NCBI GenBank assembly: GCA_049646645.1
Contig: JBARWF010000051.1
Span: 18,227-82,226 of the forward strand
DNA: 64,000 bases
Direction: 5' to 3'
Source: Thermomicrobiales bacterium
GTDB lineage: Bacteria > Chloroflexota > Chloroflexia > Thermomicrobiales > UBA6265
This document shows, in pieces, positions 1-9,659 of this stretch. Numbering within the stretch: position 1 is the first letter of the stretch; each line of letters opens with the position of its first letter. Position numbers and translations under genes: made by a program. A model generated the notes under the pieces. The model did not search any database. It saw only the letters and a program-made list of their open reading frames with translations, and was not told the origin of the DNA.

Positions 1-16
1 GAAAGGCGCAATCGCA

Positions 17-1048
17 ATGGTTCGGGTAGCGTTTATCGGAGCGGGTGCACGGGCGGTATCTCACATCGCCGCGGTCGGGAGCATCGAGGGGGCAGAGGTC
101 GTGGCGATCTGCGATCTCTCGGAGGAGATCGGGCGGGCCGCCCAGGACAAAGCGAACGCTCGACTGCGAGATGGGGCAGCGCCGATTGATGCCAAGTTCT
201 TCACCGACTCCGATGTGATGGCAGGCAGCATTGACTTCGACGCGGTCTATCTCTGCCTTCCTCCCTTTGTCCACGGCGAGATCGATCACAAGATCATCGA
301 CATGGGCAAGGCAATCTTCATCGAGAAGCCGCTGGCCGTCGAGATGGGGCCGGCGCTCGAGATCGCGGCCCACATCAAGCAGAAGGGCACCATCAACGCG
401 GTTGGACATCAGATGCGGAACAGCCCGGTGGTCGAGCGGGCGGCCGACCTGTTGCAGGGCCAGCAGATCGGCATGGCGATGGCGATCCGCCTGAGCGGGC
501 TGCCCGGCACCCCCTGGTGGCGCGTTCAGGAGCGCTCGGGCGGCATGCTGATCGAGCAGCACGTACACGCCGTGGACCTGATGCGGGTGCTGGCTGGGGA
601 GATCGAAACGGTCTATGCCGTGGGTAACACACTCCTCTCCTCCGACGTGCCCAATCTGAACATCTTCGATGTCAACGCCGTCACGGTCCGGCTTGCCAAC
701 GGCGCGCCCGGTATCATTGGGAACTCCTGTGCGGCGCCGGCGGGATCAGCAATCTTCCCGTCTCATCACGTGCAGGTGGTGACCGCGGACTTTGTGGCCG
801 ATGTGAACCCGCGCCAGACGGTGATTCATCGCGTCGATGCCGAGCCGGAAGTGTGGACCTCGGAACACGACGGCACGTTCGTGATGAACGAGCACTTCAT
901 TTCCGCAGTCCGGACCGGGGATCAGAGCCTCATCAGCTGCAACTACGAAGATGCGCTTGGCAGCTTCGCGGTGACGGTTGCCGCCCAGAAGTCGGCGGAA
1001 AGCGGCGAGGTCATTACCGTGAGCGACCTGCTGGCGCCTTCTGCCTAG
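17..1048 (+). CDS. Gfo/Idh/MocA-family NAD(P)-dependent oxidoreductase
   Basis: 343-aa ORF. N-terminal Rossmann motif VAFIGAGARA and the family EKP motif (FIEKPLA). Confidence 0.85.
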   Translation: MVRVAFIGAGARAVSHIAAVGSIEGAEVVAICDLSEEIGRAAQDKANARLRDGAAPIDAKFFTDSDVMAGSIDFDAVYLCLPPFVHGEIDHKIIDMGKAIFIEKPLAVEMGPALEIAAHIKQKGTINAVGHQMRNSPVVERAADLLQGQQIGMAMAIRLSGLPGTPWWRVQERSGGMLIEQHVHAVDLMRVLAGEIETVYAVGNTLLSSDVPNLNIFDVNAVTVRLANGAPGIIGNSCAAPAGSAIFPSHHVQVVTADFVADVNPRQTVIHRVDAEPEVWTSEHDGTFVMNEHFISAVRTGDQSLISCNYEDALGSFAVTVAAQKSAESGEVITVSDLLAPSA

Positions 1049-1239
1049 AGCAGGGTGCAGGACGTGCGCTGGCTTCCGTACCGGCACCCCTTGTGGGTGT
1101 ATCGCAGCCGCGCGGCACAACGTTCGAGAAGCTCCCACGCGGACGGCTTCGCGTTTGGCCCCTGACAGAGCATTGATCGGCACCCACTGCCCTGACGGGT
1201 GGACTCCCGTCGGGGCAGTGGGGTGAGAGGTGAACCCCG

Positions 1240-2160
1240 GTGACGCGATATCTCGTCGGACTCGACTTTGGAGGAACAAAGGGAGCGATCGGGGTCGCGG
1301 CCGTCGGGAGCGACGAGCTGGCTCACTCCGAGCGGTTCGACGTTCCGCCGGGCGCGGATCGGGATCTGGTCTACACCACCGCCATTCAGCACGCCCGATC
1401 GCTTCCCGTTGCGGCGACCGGGGAGATCGCCGGCATTGGGGTCAGCTTTGGCGGTCATGTCGATGTGACACGCGGGGTCATCCTGCGCTCCTTGCATGTG
1501 CCGGGGTGGGACGATTTTCCGATTCGTGACCGGTTGAGCGCGCAGTTTCACGCGCCGGTCGCGATCGAGAACGATGCGAATGCCGGTGCGCTGGGGGAGT
1601 GGCGCTTTGGGGCCGGGCGCGGACGGCGGGACATGCTCTACGTCACGGTCAGCACCGGGGTCGGCGGTGGCTGGATCCTCGACGATCGCCTCATGCGTGG
1701 CTGCGATGGGATGGCCGGTGAGATAGGGCACATGCTGGTGCGGCCCGATGGACCCGTCTGTTCTTGCGGGCGGAGAGGATGCCTGGAGGCGGTGGCATCC
1801 GGCCGGGCGATTGCCCGCAGGGCCGCCGAGGAGGCGCCGGGGACGTGGACCGCGAAACAGGTCGCAGCCGAAGCTGTCCGGGGCGTGGCGTGGGCCCAGC
1901 GGATCCTGAGCGAGGCCGCCGGGTATCTCGGCGCGGGGTTGGGTAACGCGATCTGCCTGATGAACCCACAGGTCATCGTGCTTGGCGGCGGCGTGACCGG
2001 CGCAGGAGAGGCGTACTGGGAGACGGTGCGACGTGCGGCGGCGGCGCGCGCATTGCCCGGCGTCACCGTCGATATCCTGCCGGCACGCCATGCCGATGAT
2101 GCGCCGCTCTACGGCGCGCTGGCGCTGGCCGAGCAGGCGATGACGCAACCCCCCTCCTGA
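1240..2160 (+). CDS. ROK-family sugar kinase (glucokinase-like)
   Basis: 306-aa ORF with a GTG start. LVGLDFGGTK phosphate-binding N-terminus and the CSCGRRGCLE ROK cysteine signature. Confidence 0.85.
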   Translation: MTRYLVGLDFGGTKGAIGVAAVGSDELAHSERFDVPPGADRDLVYTTAIQHARSLPVAATGEIAGIGVSFGGHVDVTRGVILRSLHVPGWDDFPIRDRLSAQFHAPVAIENDANAGALGEWRFGAGRGRRDMLYVTVSTGVGGGWILDDRLMRGCDGMAGEIGHMLVRPDGPVCSCGRRGCLEAVASGRAIARRAAEEAPGTWTAKQVAAEAVRGVAWAQRILSEAAGYLGAGLGNAICLMNPQVIVLGGGVTGAGEAYWETVRRAAAARALPGVTVDILPARHADDAPLYGALALAEQAMTQPPS

Positions 2161-2190
2161 GTGGCGATGGGAAGGACGGCTAGCGTGAGC

Positions 2191-2219
2191 GCACCGGCGA
2201 CGCGTTATATCGCCGGTGC
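2191..2219. terminator. Hairpin between convergent genes (possible bidirectional terminator)
   Basis: Perfect 10-bp inverted repeat GCACCGGCGA / TCGCCGGTGC with a 9-nt loop, between the ROK stop (2160) and the beta-propeller stop (2230). No clear U-tract. Confidence 0.5.
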
Positions 2220-2229
2220 GGGACGGCGG

Positions 2230-3960
2230 TCAGGGGGTGGCCGCTGCCGTCAGGGCGCCGAGATGGCACGACCGGAGCTCATTCCCGGTCAGGAGAATCA
2301 CGAGCGCGTCCCCATCCAGGCTCACATCAACGATCTCCCCGTTGCCTTCGGGCGCGGGGAGTTCCCACCAGGCGGGTTCGTCGGGGCGCTTGAACCAGAG
2401 GCCGTCGTGCGTGAGCGCAACCAGTCCCGATGCCGATGCCGCCAGGCGCCGGATCGTGCCGTTCCCGGGCTGGGTCCGTATCCAGCGACCATCGCCGTCC
2501 CTGAGCATGATGGCGTTGCCGAGTGAGATGGCGAGGGGGTCCGCCAGCGTCGAGATCTCAGGGGAACTGGAGGACGCTTCGCTGCCCCGTTCCCACGTTT
2601 CTCCATCATCGAAGGATCGCCAGAGGATCGCCGAGTGCCGCGTCACATCGAACGTCACCGCGAGCAGCGGCGAGCCCCCGGCCTCGGATGGAGCTTGCAG
2701 CGCGATAATCGGGAAGACGCCAAACGGTGGCCGCAGCGGTGACCAGGTATGCCCGCGGTCGCGCGTGATAACCACACTCGTTCCATCGACCGTCGCCATC
2801 CATCCAGCCCCGTCGGCCCGGATGGTCAGCCAGTCGCCGCCGGGCACGCGAGACAATTGGTGCCAAGTTTCCCCGCGATCGGTGGAGGCGAAGACGCCAT
2901 CCGGCGTTCCGGCAATCAGCTCGCCATCCCACCCCTCGGCAAAGATGCGGGTCGGCACGGGGCAGTTTTCGAGCGTGATCCATCCCTCGGTCGGGGTCCA
3001 GCGTTGGGGGCGGGAGAGCACACCGCTCACGAAGATCGCGTCCCCGAGCGTGTGGATCCGGCAGTAATCGGCCAGTGGGGGGGAACCGAGTGATTGCCAT
3101 TGCTCCAGCGCCGGTGCTCCGGTGCATTCGAGCACACCGTCGGTTGTCCCCGCAAAGAGAGTATCTCCGTGGATGGCAACGGTCAGGACGCTGTGATCCC
3201 CGCACGGAGTCCATGTCGTCCCATCGAGAGAGCACAGGGTGCCGTGTTCGACGGTCCCGATCAGGAGGGAGCCGTTGGCGAGCATGGCGAACGCCTGGAC
3301 CTCCGCGCCCGCGGGCAACGGCCCCAGCGCATCCCAGTGGTCGCCCGCATCGGGGGAGCGCCACACGATGCCGTCCATCCCGAGCGCCATCATCACATCA
3401 TCACGCTGGTCCAGGAATGCGAACGAACGGTCGATGAGCAACTGCCACGATCGGCCTTCGTTGGTTGAACGATAGAGGCCGGCCGGGGTGGTTGCGTAGA
3501 CCGTCTTGTCCTGTGGCCACAGGAGACCGGAAACCTCGGTCGCCTGCATCCCGAATTGAGCCGAGGTCCACGTGATGCCGCCGTCGGTGCTGCGCAACAC
3601 GCCGTCGCCGGCCGTGCCCGCCAGGATGGTCTGATCACGGTCATACGCGGGGGAGCAGGCAAGGCTCAGGATCGTGAGATGCTCGATACCCTGTGCCGGA
3701 TGCCACGTCGTGCCGCCATCGGCCGATCGGGCGATCCCGCCAGTGCCGGCCGCCAGGATGGTTGTTCCCGCCTTCTCGAGCGCCAGGACCGTGCGGAGGC
3801 CGGGCTCGATCCGATACTGGTTCCAGATACCGCTTGGTTCCCGGCGCGCGAGTGTGCCGATGCCGCCCGCCCACAGACCCTCGGGGGTCGGAAGGAGGGA
3901 GAGGATCGGCGATTCCGGCGATGCCTGGGGGAGTAGTGACCATTCGAGGGATGAAGACAT
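2230..3960 (-). CDS. BNR/Asp-box repeat beta-propeller protein (Ycf48 / sortilin-VPS10-like)
   Basis: Seven SxDxGxTW-type Asp-boxes: SADGGTTWH, STDGGITWT, STNEGRSWQ, SPDAGDHWD, STDRGETWH, TRDRGHTWS, SFDDGETWE. The ORF runs to 4080; start placed at ATG 3960 (MSSSLEW), which avoids an 80-nt overlap with the upstream gene. Confidence 0.75.
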   Translation of the reverse strand: MSSSLEWSLLPQASPESPILSLLPTPEGLWAGGIGTLARREPSGIWNQYRIEPGLRTVLALEKAGTTILAAGTGGIARSADGGTTWHPAQGIEHLTILSLACSPAYDRDQTILAGTAGDGVLRSTDGGITWTSAQFGMQATEVSGLLWPQDKTVYATTPAGLYRSTNEGRSWQLLIDRSFAFLDQRDDVMMALGMDGIVWRSPDAGDHWDALGPLPAGAEVQAFAMLANGSLLIGTVEHGTLCSLDGTTWTPCGDHSVLTVAIHGDTLFAGTTDGVLECTGAPALEQWQSLGSPPLADYCRIHTLGDAIFVSGVLSRPQRWTPTEGWITLENCPVPTRIFAEGWDGELIAGTPDGVFASTDRGETWHQLSRVPGGDWLTIRADGAGWMATVDGTSVVITRDRGHTWSPLRPPFGVFPIIALQAPSEAGGSPLLAVTFDVTRHSAILWRSFDDGETWERGSEASSSSPEISTLADPLAISLGNAIMLRDGDGRWIRTQPGNGTIRRLAASASGLVALTHDGLWFKRPDEPAWWELPAPEGNGEIVDVSLDGDALVILLTGNELRSCHLGALTAAATP

Positions 3961-4000
3961 GATGGTGATAGCGCTCCAGATGAGATGAGAGGAAGCACGG

Positions 4001-5620
4001 TCAGGGGGCGGTGCTGACTGGCCGCCGTCGTTCATGCGGCAGGATGGCAACCCCGGTGGTGATGAGCTCCGCGACCGCACTGGTTGCCGTGCGCAGGGCG
4101 CCCCGCAGGACGGACAGACTGTCGGACATGGCGAGTTCGGCGGCGGGAATCAGGGTGCCGGCCGCGGCATCAAAAGCGAGCCCTCCCTCGCTGTCCATCA
4201 CCCGGTGCAAGGCGACCTCTGGGCTGGATGTCCCGCCGTTCGTCACGAGTTGCCGGAATGGAGCCTCCAGCCCGCACGCCATGATCTCCGCGCCGAAGCG
4301 CTGATCGCTCAGATCCAGTGATGTCTGGTGCTGGTCGACAGCGGGACGGCACGCGAGAAGGGCCAGCCCGCCGCCCGGAACGGTTCCCGCCCCGATGATC
4401 TCAGGCAGGATCCGCAATGCCCGCTCGACGTGGCGACGTTTCTCGTCACGTTCGGCATCGGTCAACCCCCCAAGCTGGAGAATGCCGCTTCCGTTGACAA
4501 GGCTCGCGAGCCGCTCTCGCAACCTGAGCGTCTGGTCCCGATCCGTGGTGCGCATGAGTTTGGTGCGGATGTCGGCCATGCGCTCCTGAATCGCGGCCTG
4601 ATCTCCACCGCCGTCGAGGATGACCATGCCATCGCGTTTGAGGACGATCTGGCGAGCCGTTCCCAGCCACGATGCCTGGAGTGCAACCGGTGGGTAGCCG
4701 CGAGTCGTCGAGATTAGGTCAGCCCCGGTCGCAAGGGCGATATCGGTGAGTACCTGATGTCGCTCGGCTCCGGTCGTTGCAGGAGATACCACGTAGGCGG
4801 CGATCGTTCCCCGCGCGACGTTAAGGTTCAGGAGGTCCTGGGCCTTGCTGCCGAGCTTCGCCCCGACGATGACAAGTGGGCGCCGGTTCCGGCCCTCCGC
4901 GATGGTTTCGAACGTCCGTAACATGTCATTGGCCTCAATCACCTCGTCATCGGCAACGAGCACGCTCGGGGAATCCAGGACCAGGGAGATGTTTCCTGCG
5001 GGATGTGACGGAGAGGGGGCACTTTTCCAGTACCTGCCATCGACATAAAGTCTGTCGAGGTGGGGCTGCGCCATCATCTCGAGCCGAATCCCGGCCTCCT
5101 GGCCGAGGACATCAAGCATTTCGGCGAGAACCTCGCTGATATCGGGATAGGACAGGATCGAGGCGATGAGCTGCGCGGTCGAGGCGGAATCGATCGGCTG
5201 GCGCTGGGCCTCAAGGGCGTCGATGACCACCGGCAATGTCGATTCCATGCCGAGCCTGAGCATCAGGGGATCGATTCCGGCGGCGATCAGGGTATTGGCT
5301 CGTTCAACCATCGCGCGTCCGATCACCGCGGCAGTGGCCCCGCCATCCCCGAATTCCTCATGGACCCGCCACACCATATGACGGAGTTGCATCGCGCCGG
5401 TGTTGCGGAGTCGGTCCGTGATTTCCACGACGCGGCGAACGACGATCCCTGACGTTGACAGCATTTCGACGGAATTGCCGTTGGCATGCCAGATCGGACC
5501 GCTGCTGGGTCCCAGCGTCACGGCGAGGACTGCCGCGAGATCACAAAACCCCTGTGACATTTCCTGCAAGGCCCTTGGCGCAAAGGCAATACCGCCGTGA
5601 TGGTCAAGATGATTGCGCAT
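4001..5620 (-). CDS. Divergent GroEL/Cpn60-family chaperonin paralog
   Basis: 539-aa ORF collinear by eye with GroEL (TLGPSSG, GDGGATAAV, VPGGGLAL, DSLSVLRGALRTA). No C-terminal GGM tail and no adjacent groES. Confidence 0.8.
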   Translation of the reverse strand: MRNHLDHHGGIAFAPRALQEMSQGFCDLAAVLAVTLGPSSGPIWHANGNSVEMLSTSGIVVRRVVEITDRLRNTGAMQLRHMVWRVHEEFGDGGATAAVIGRAMVERANTLIAAGIDPLMLRLGMESTLPVVIDALEAQRQPIDSASTAQLIASILSYPDISEVLAEMLDVLGQEAGIRLEMMAQPHLDRLYVDGRYWKSAPSPSHPAGNISLVLDSPSVLVADDEVIEANDMLRTFETIAEGRNRRPLVIVGAKLGSKAQDLLNLNVARGTIAAYVVSPATTGAERHQVLTDIALATGADLISTTRGYPPVALQASWLGTARQIVLKRDGMVILDGGGDQAAIQERMADIRTKLMRTTDRDQTLRLRERLASLVNGSGILQLGGLTDAERDEKRRHVERALRILPEIIGAGTVPGGGLALLACRPAVDQHQTSLDLSDQRFGAEIMACGLEAPFRQLVTNGGTSSPEVALHRVMDSEGGLAFDAAAGTLIPAAELAMSDSLSVLRGALRTATSAVAELITTGVAILPHERRRPVSTAP

Positions 5621-6064
5621 CGTTCATCCCGTTACCGATCGTACGTCTGAAGCGAGGACAGAGGATATCGTAGCCGATGGCCGAGAAGATGAACATAGCG
5701 CGCCAACCTGTAGCAAGGGCAACTCATGATGGGCTTGAGCCCTCGTAATCGGCCTTCAATTTGAGGCAGAAGGCAACGAAAGCTCTCTGCTTTTCGCGTT
5801 CGATGAGCAAAGAGCGGATTCGAACGTCCTTCTTCGAAGCTGACCAGGTCAGCAGGCCCCGGCTTCCGACGAGGATGACGGCATAGTTCTGAGAGGATAC
5901 CTAGGCATTGGACGAGCGCGGCCTGTATCGGTCTCGACTGGTATGCTGCGAAGCGAATGTACGGGATTTTCTTCTTCCATGATGCGGCGGAGCTTACTAC
6001 CGCAGATTCCCCGGTCCCGGCCCCGAGGACACCGCGGACCGTGGCAAGGAGCGGGTAACTGGAC

Positions 6065-6904
6065 ATGGTGAGCAGCAGGAACGACGGCGCGGTATTGATC
6101 GGCGCCTCATCCAGAAGTGACTAGGATCTCTTCCACCCACCAGGCACCAAATCGGCCGACGAGCTCCCTTTCTACGCCCGGCACTTCCGATCGTCGAGGT
6201 CAACACCACCTACTGCCGCATTCCCGCCACCAAATTGGTCCAGGGCTGGGTCGAGCGCATGCTGGACTGCCTCGTCTTCGACGTGATGCCACCATGTGAG
6301 CTGACGAGCACGCCCGAGACGCCGCGGGGGGAGGCGACGGAACCGGACGCCGATGTGGCAAGCGCCTTCGCCGAGGCGATCTCCCCCCCTGGTGGACGCC
6401 GGCAAGCTCGGCGCCATCACCTTCCAGTTCCCGCCCTCGTAACGCAACACCGCGGAGCATCAGGCGTACCTGCGGCTGCTGCCCGAGCTCCTCCCGGACC
6501 TGCCGCTGGCCGTGGAGTTCCGGCGGCGCGACTGGCTGAACCCCGAGCATGCGGACGACACCCTGGCGCTGCTGGCGGAGGCGGGCCTGAGCTACACGAT
6601 GGCCGACGAGCCGCAGCGGGGAACGGGCAGTGTGCCCCCGATGTATGGGGTGACCAATCCCAAGCTGGCGATCGTCCGCTTTCACGGGCGCAATGCCGTC
6701 CGCTGGTACCGTTTCTCAGGATCGAGCAAGGACCGTTTCGACTGGGACTACACGCCCCAGGAGTTGGGGGAGTGGCTGCCGAAGCTGCGGCAGGCCCAAT
6801 CCGAGGCCGAGCGGGTCCATGTCTTCTTCAACACCAACAAGGACGACCAGGGACCAAGCAACACGACTTTGCTGATGGAGCAGCTCGGCCTGTCACGTCC
6901 ATAG
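6065..6904 (+). pseudogene. DUF72 (UPF0759) family gene, disrupted
   Basis: A full-length ~280-codon DUF72 reading can be rebuilt (VLIGASS.., LPFYARHF/PIVEVNTTY.., GKLGAITFQFPPS, LAVEFRRRDW, VRFHGRN.., VFFNTN). This requires reading through TAG 6122-6124 and TAA 6440-6442, and correcting a -1 shift near 6187 and a +1 shift in the C7 run 6383-6389. Confidence 0.8.
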
Positions 6905-6963
6905 CGACTATTCCCACGCCCAACTTTTGATGGCCCGCGCCGTCATTCATAGCGCTCTACGCT

Positions 6964-8115
6964 TCACGACCGGGTCATGATCGCCCCGTCCCGTCGCTCC
7001 CAACCGGGCTGGAACAGGCGCAGAAAATGGCGGTCGGCATAGGGGTATTTGCTCGCCTCTTCATGGTGGAGCGTGACTCCAAATCCCGGACCATCGGGGA
7101 CCTCGATGTAGCCATCGACGATTGCGACCGACCCGCTCAACACCTCGCGACTCCACGGCACAAGGAAGTCATCGAAGCATTCCTGAATCAGCATGTTGGG
7201 CAGGGTGGCACAGACATGCGTGTTGATCACCGTCGTGAGCGGACTCTGGGCGTTATGGGGAGCAACGAAGGCCTCGTAGGCGTCCGCCAGCGCGGCCGCC
7301 TTGACGAGCCCAGTGACGCCACCACAGTTGAGGATCTCGGGCTGGATGACGTCGATCACCCGGGTTTCCAGGAGCTGGGCAAACTCAGACGGGCGCTTCA
7401 GACGCTCGCCGGCCACGACGCGCACCGGGATCGCTCTCGCCACTTCGGCGGTGGACGCCGCTTCGGTCGACATCACCGGCGTTTCAAACCACATCGGCCG
7501 ATAGTCGGCGATGGCGCGCCCCACCTCGATCGCCGTCGCTACCGAGAAGCGGTCATGTCCCTCGATTAGGAGATCGACCCCATCGCCGACAGCATCCCGG
7601 ACCGCACCGATGATCGCGAGCGAAAGATCGAGATCCTGACGCTCGATAAAACGATAGGCGTTGCCAAAGGGGTCGAACTTGAGCGCCGTGTAGCCCATTC
7701 CCGCGACCTCGGCCGCCCGCTCGGCGAAGAAGTGAGGATCCCGCGGCCCCTGATACCAGCCGTTGGCGTAGGCGCGGATTCTTGGGCGCAGCGTGCCTCC
7801 CAGCAGCTGCCAGACCGGCACGTTGAGAGACTTGCCGAGAATATCCCAGCATGCCATCTCGATGCCGGACATGGCGGAGTTGGTGTGCAGGAAGATCCCC
7901 TTGTAGAGGCTGTCCCAGATCGCGCCGATGTTGCGCGGATCCTGTCCGAGGATGAGCGGCTTCATCTCGTGAACGGCGGCCTCGGACGGGCGTGTGCTCA
8001 GGCCGCTTGTGGCTTCCCCCAGCCCGGTGATCCCCTCGTCGGTCTCAACCTCGACGAAGAGCCAGTTCTTCCAAGGGTTACCGACGACCGTGGTCTTGAT
8101 ATCAGTAATCTTCAT
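6964..8115 (-). CDS. Enolase-superfamily sugar-acid dehydratase (mandelate racemase/muconate lactonizing family, galactonate/mannonate dehydratase-like)
   Basis: 383-aa ORF. MKITDIKTTVVGNPWKNWLFVEVETDEGITGLGEA N-terminus typical of the D-galactonate dehydratase family. Its ATG overlaps the upstream stop (ATGA). Confidence 0.9.
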   Translation of the reverse strand: MKITDIKTTVVGNPWKNWLFVEVETDEGITGLGEATSGLSTRPSEAAVHEMKPLILGQDPRNIGAIWDSLYKGIFLHTNSAMSGIEMACWDILGKSLNVPVWQLLGGTLRPRIRAYANGWYQGPRDPHFFAERAAEVAGMGYTALKFDPFGNAYRFIERQDLDLSLAIIGAVRDAVGDGVDLLIEGHDRFSVATAIEVGRAIADYRPMWFETPVMSTEAASTAEVARAIPVRVVAGERLKRPSEFAQLLETRVIDVIQPEILNCGGVTGLVKAAALADAYEAFVAPHNAQSPLTTVINTHVCATLPNMLIQECFDDFLVPWSREVLSGSVAIVDGYIEVPDGPGFGVTLHHEEASKYPYADRHFLRLFQPGWERRDGAIMTRS

Positions 8116-9659
8116 GTTCGCTGCCCTTGTGTTGTCTCTGCGCCCTCTCCGGTCGGAGAGCGGTCACTGTCGTCCGTTGCCGCTGCGGTGAGCCGAACCC
8201 GCATCACCCCCGGCTCCAGGAGAAAGAGCGGCGACCCTGCCGCTTCCGGTCGCTCTCGCCGTACCGGGTGGTGCAGACGCCAGGAGTCACCGTCGAACTC
8301 GCCGAACTCGGCCGCCTCGACTGGGCGGGGGCGCCCGTCGGGCCGCGAGCTTCGGAAGCGGGCACTGAAGCCGCTGCCAATCAGCAAGAACTCGTTGTCT
8401 CCCTCCTGCACAATCATGCCTCGCGCCGCGCCGTGACGATCGTGATACGTCACGACCACGTCACATCCTTCCGCCGCCCAGGCTGTGCCCGTCTCAGTGG
8501 CCTCCTGCACGAAGGTGAAGAGCCTGGGCGTTCCCTGTGCCTTGGCAATCGGCGCCAGCGCCCGGCCGATAGCGACATATGAGTCCCGTAATCAGAACGC
8601 CTGCGGACCCCACTCCCCGCCGACGACATCCACGAGGGGTGGTGCAAATCGGTCTGGATGAGGTGAGTCAATCGACCAGGGGTCGAAGCCGATCGCCCCG
8701 AACTGGCCTAGGGCGTAGTAGACGTTGCGTTCGGCTCGCCCGGCAGGATCGCTGCTGTGCTCAGCAATGTAGAGTGCGCGGTTGGGGCCGCCGTAAATCG
8801 CGCAGAGGCGCTGAAAATCGCGGTACCCGGCACGGTAGATATCCGGAGCGACAAAATCCACATACTGGAGCTGCTCCTGGACAAGCGCAAGGACCTCCGG
8901 CACCGCGCCACCCGCCGGATAGTCCTCGCCCGGGCGCCCGCCGACCTCCGGAGAGAGCCAGACGTTGATGTAGAGGGGAAGCGGATAGACGGACCTCGCC
9001 TCGGCCGCCAGCCGGTCGATATATCCGGCGATCATCGCGGCGCTGAAGGCTTCAGCCGCGTGCGGGCCGTGGCGCGTCTCCCAGCCCTCGGCCACGTAGC
9101 GCGCAGAGCACGCGTCGCAGTAGCAGCGGTCGCTACCGAGCAGCCCCGGCTCGTTCTCCACCTGCACCATGATCACCGTGTGGTCCGTGTCGGTGTTGCG
9201 CAGGTGGGTCATCAGCGCCTTCAGGGCGTCGCGGTCACGTTCCCACGTGGTGGTGGCTTCGGGACAGAGACTGACGAGCGGCTGGCCGTCACGGTCACGA
9301 GCGGGCGGATACGTCTCCGGATGCTCGCGGATGTATGCCGGAGCATAAAAGGCGCAGGCGTTCTTCCAGGTGGCAAACCAGAGCAGCACCAGTCGCAGGT
9401 CATGGGTGCGCGCCTGATGAATCCTCTCGTCGACCATAGTGAAATCGAACGTGCCCGGTTCTGGCTCCACCTCTCGCCAGTAGACCGGCAGGGCGGCGGT
9501 GTTCGCGCCCATCCGCTTTGCCTCCGGGAACAGGGGATTCATCGCCTGGGGGGTGAAGCAGCTATCGCAGTCCCACTGCAGTCCGAGGATCAGGAACGGT
9601 CGGTCGTCGACGAGGAGGCGAGCTTGGCCATCGTCATAGATCAGGGTCGGGAGGCTCAC
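8112..9659 (-). pseudogene. Clan GH-A glycosidase (GH35/DUF5597-type beta-galactosidase-like) with one in-frame TGA
   Basis: ORFs 8592..9860 and 8112..8510 share a frame (offset 480 nt). The only interruption is TGA at 8592-8594 (..GGEWGPQAF*LRDSYVAIGRALAPIAK..). Catalytic VENEPG motif present. GTG start at 9659 overlaps the upstream stop (GTGA). Confidence 0.75.
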
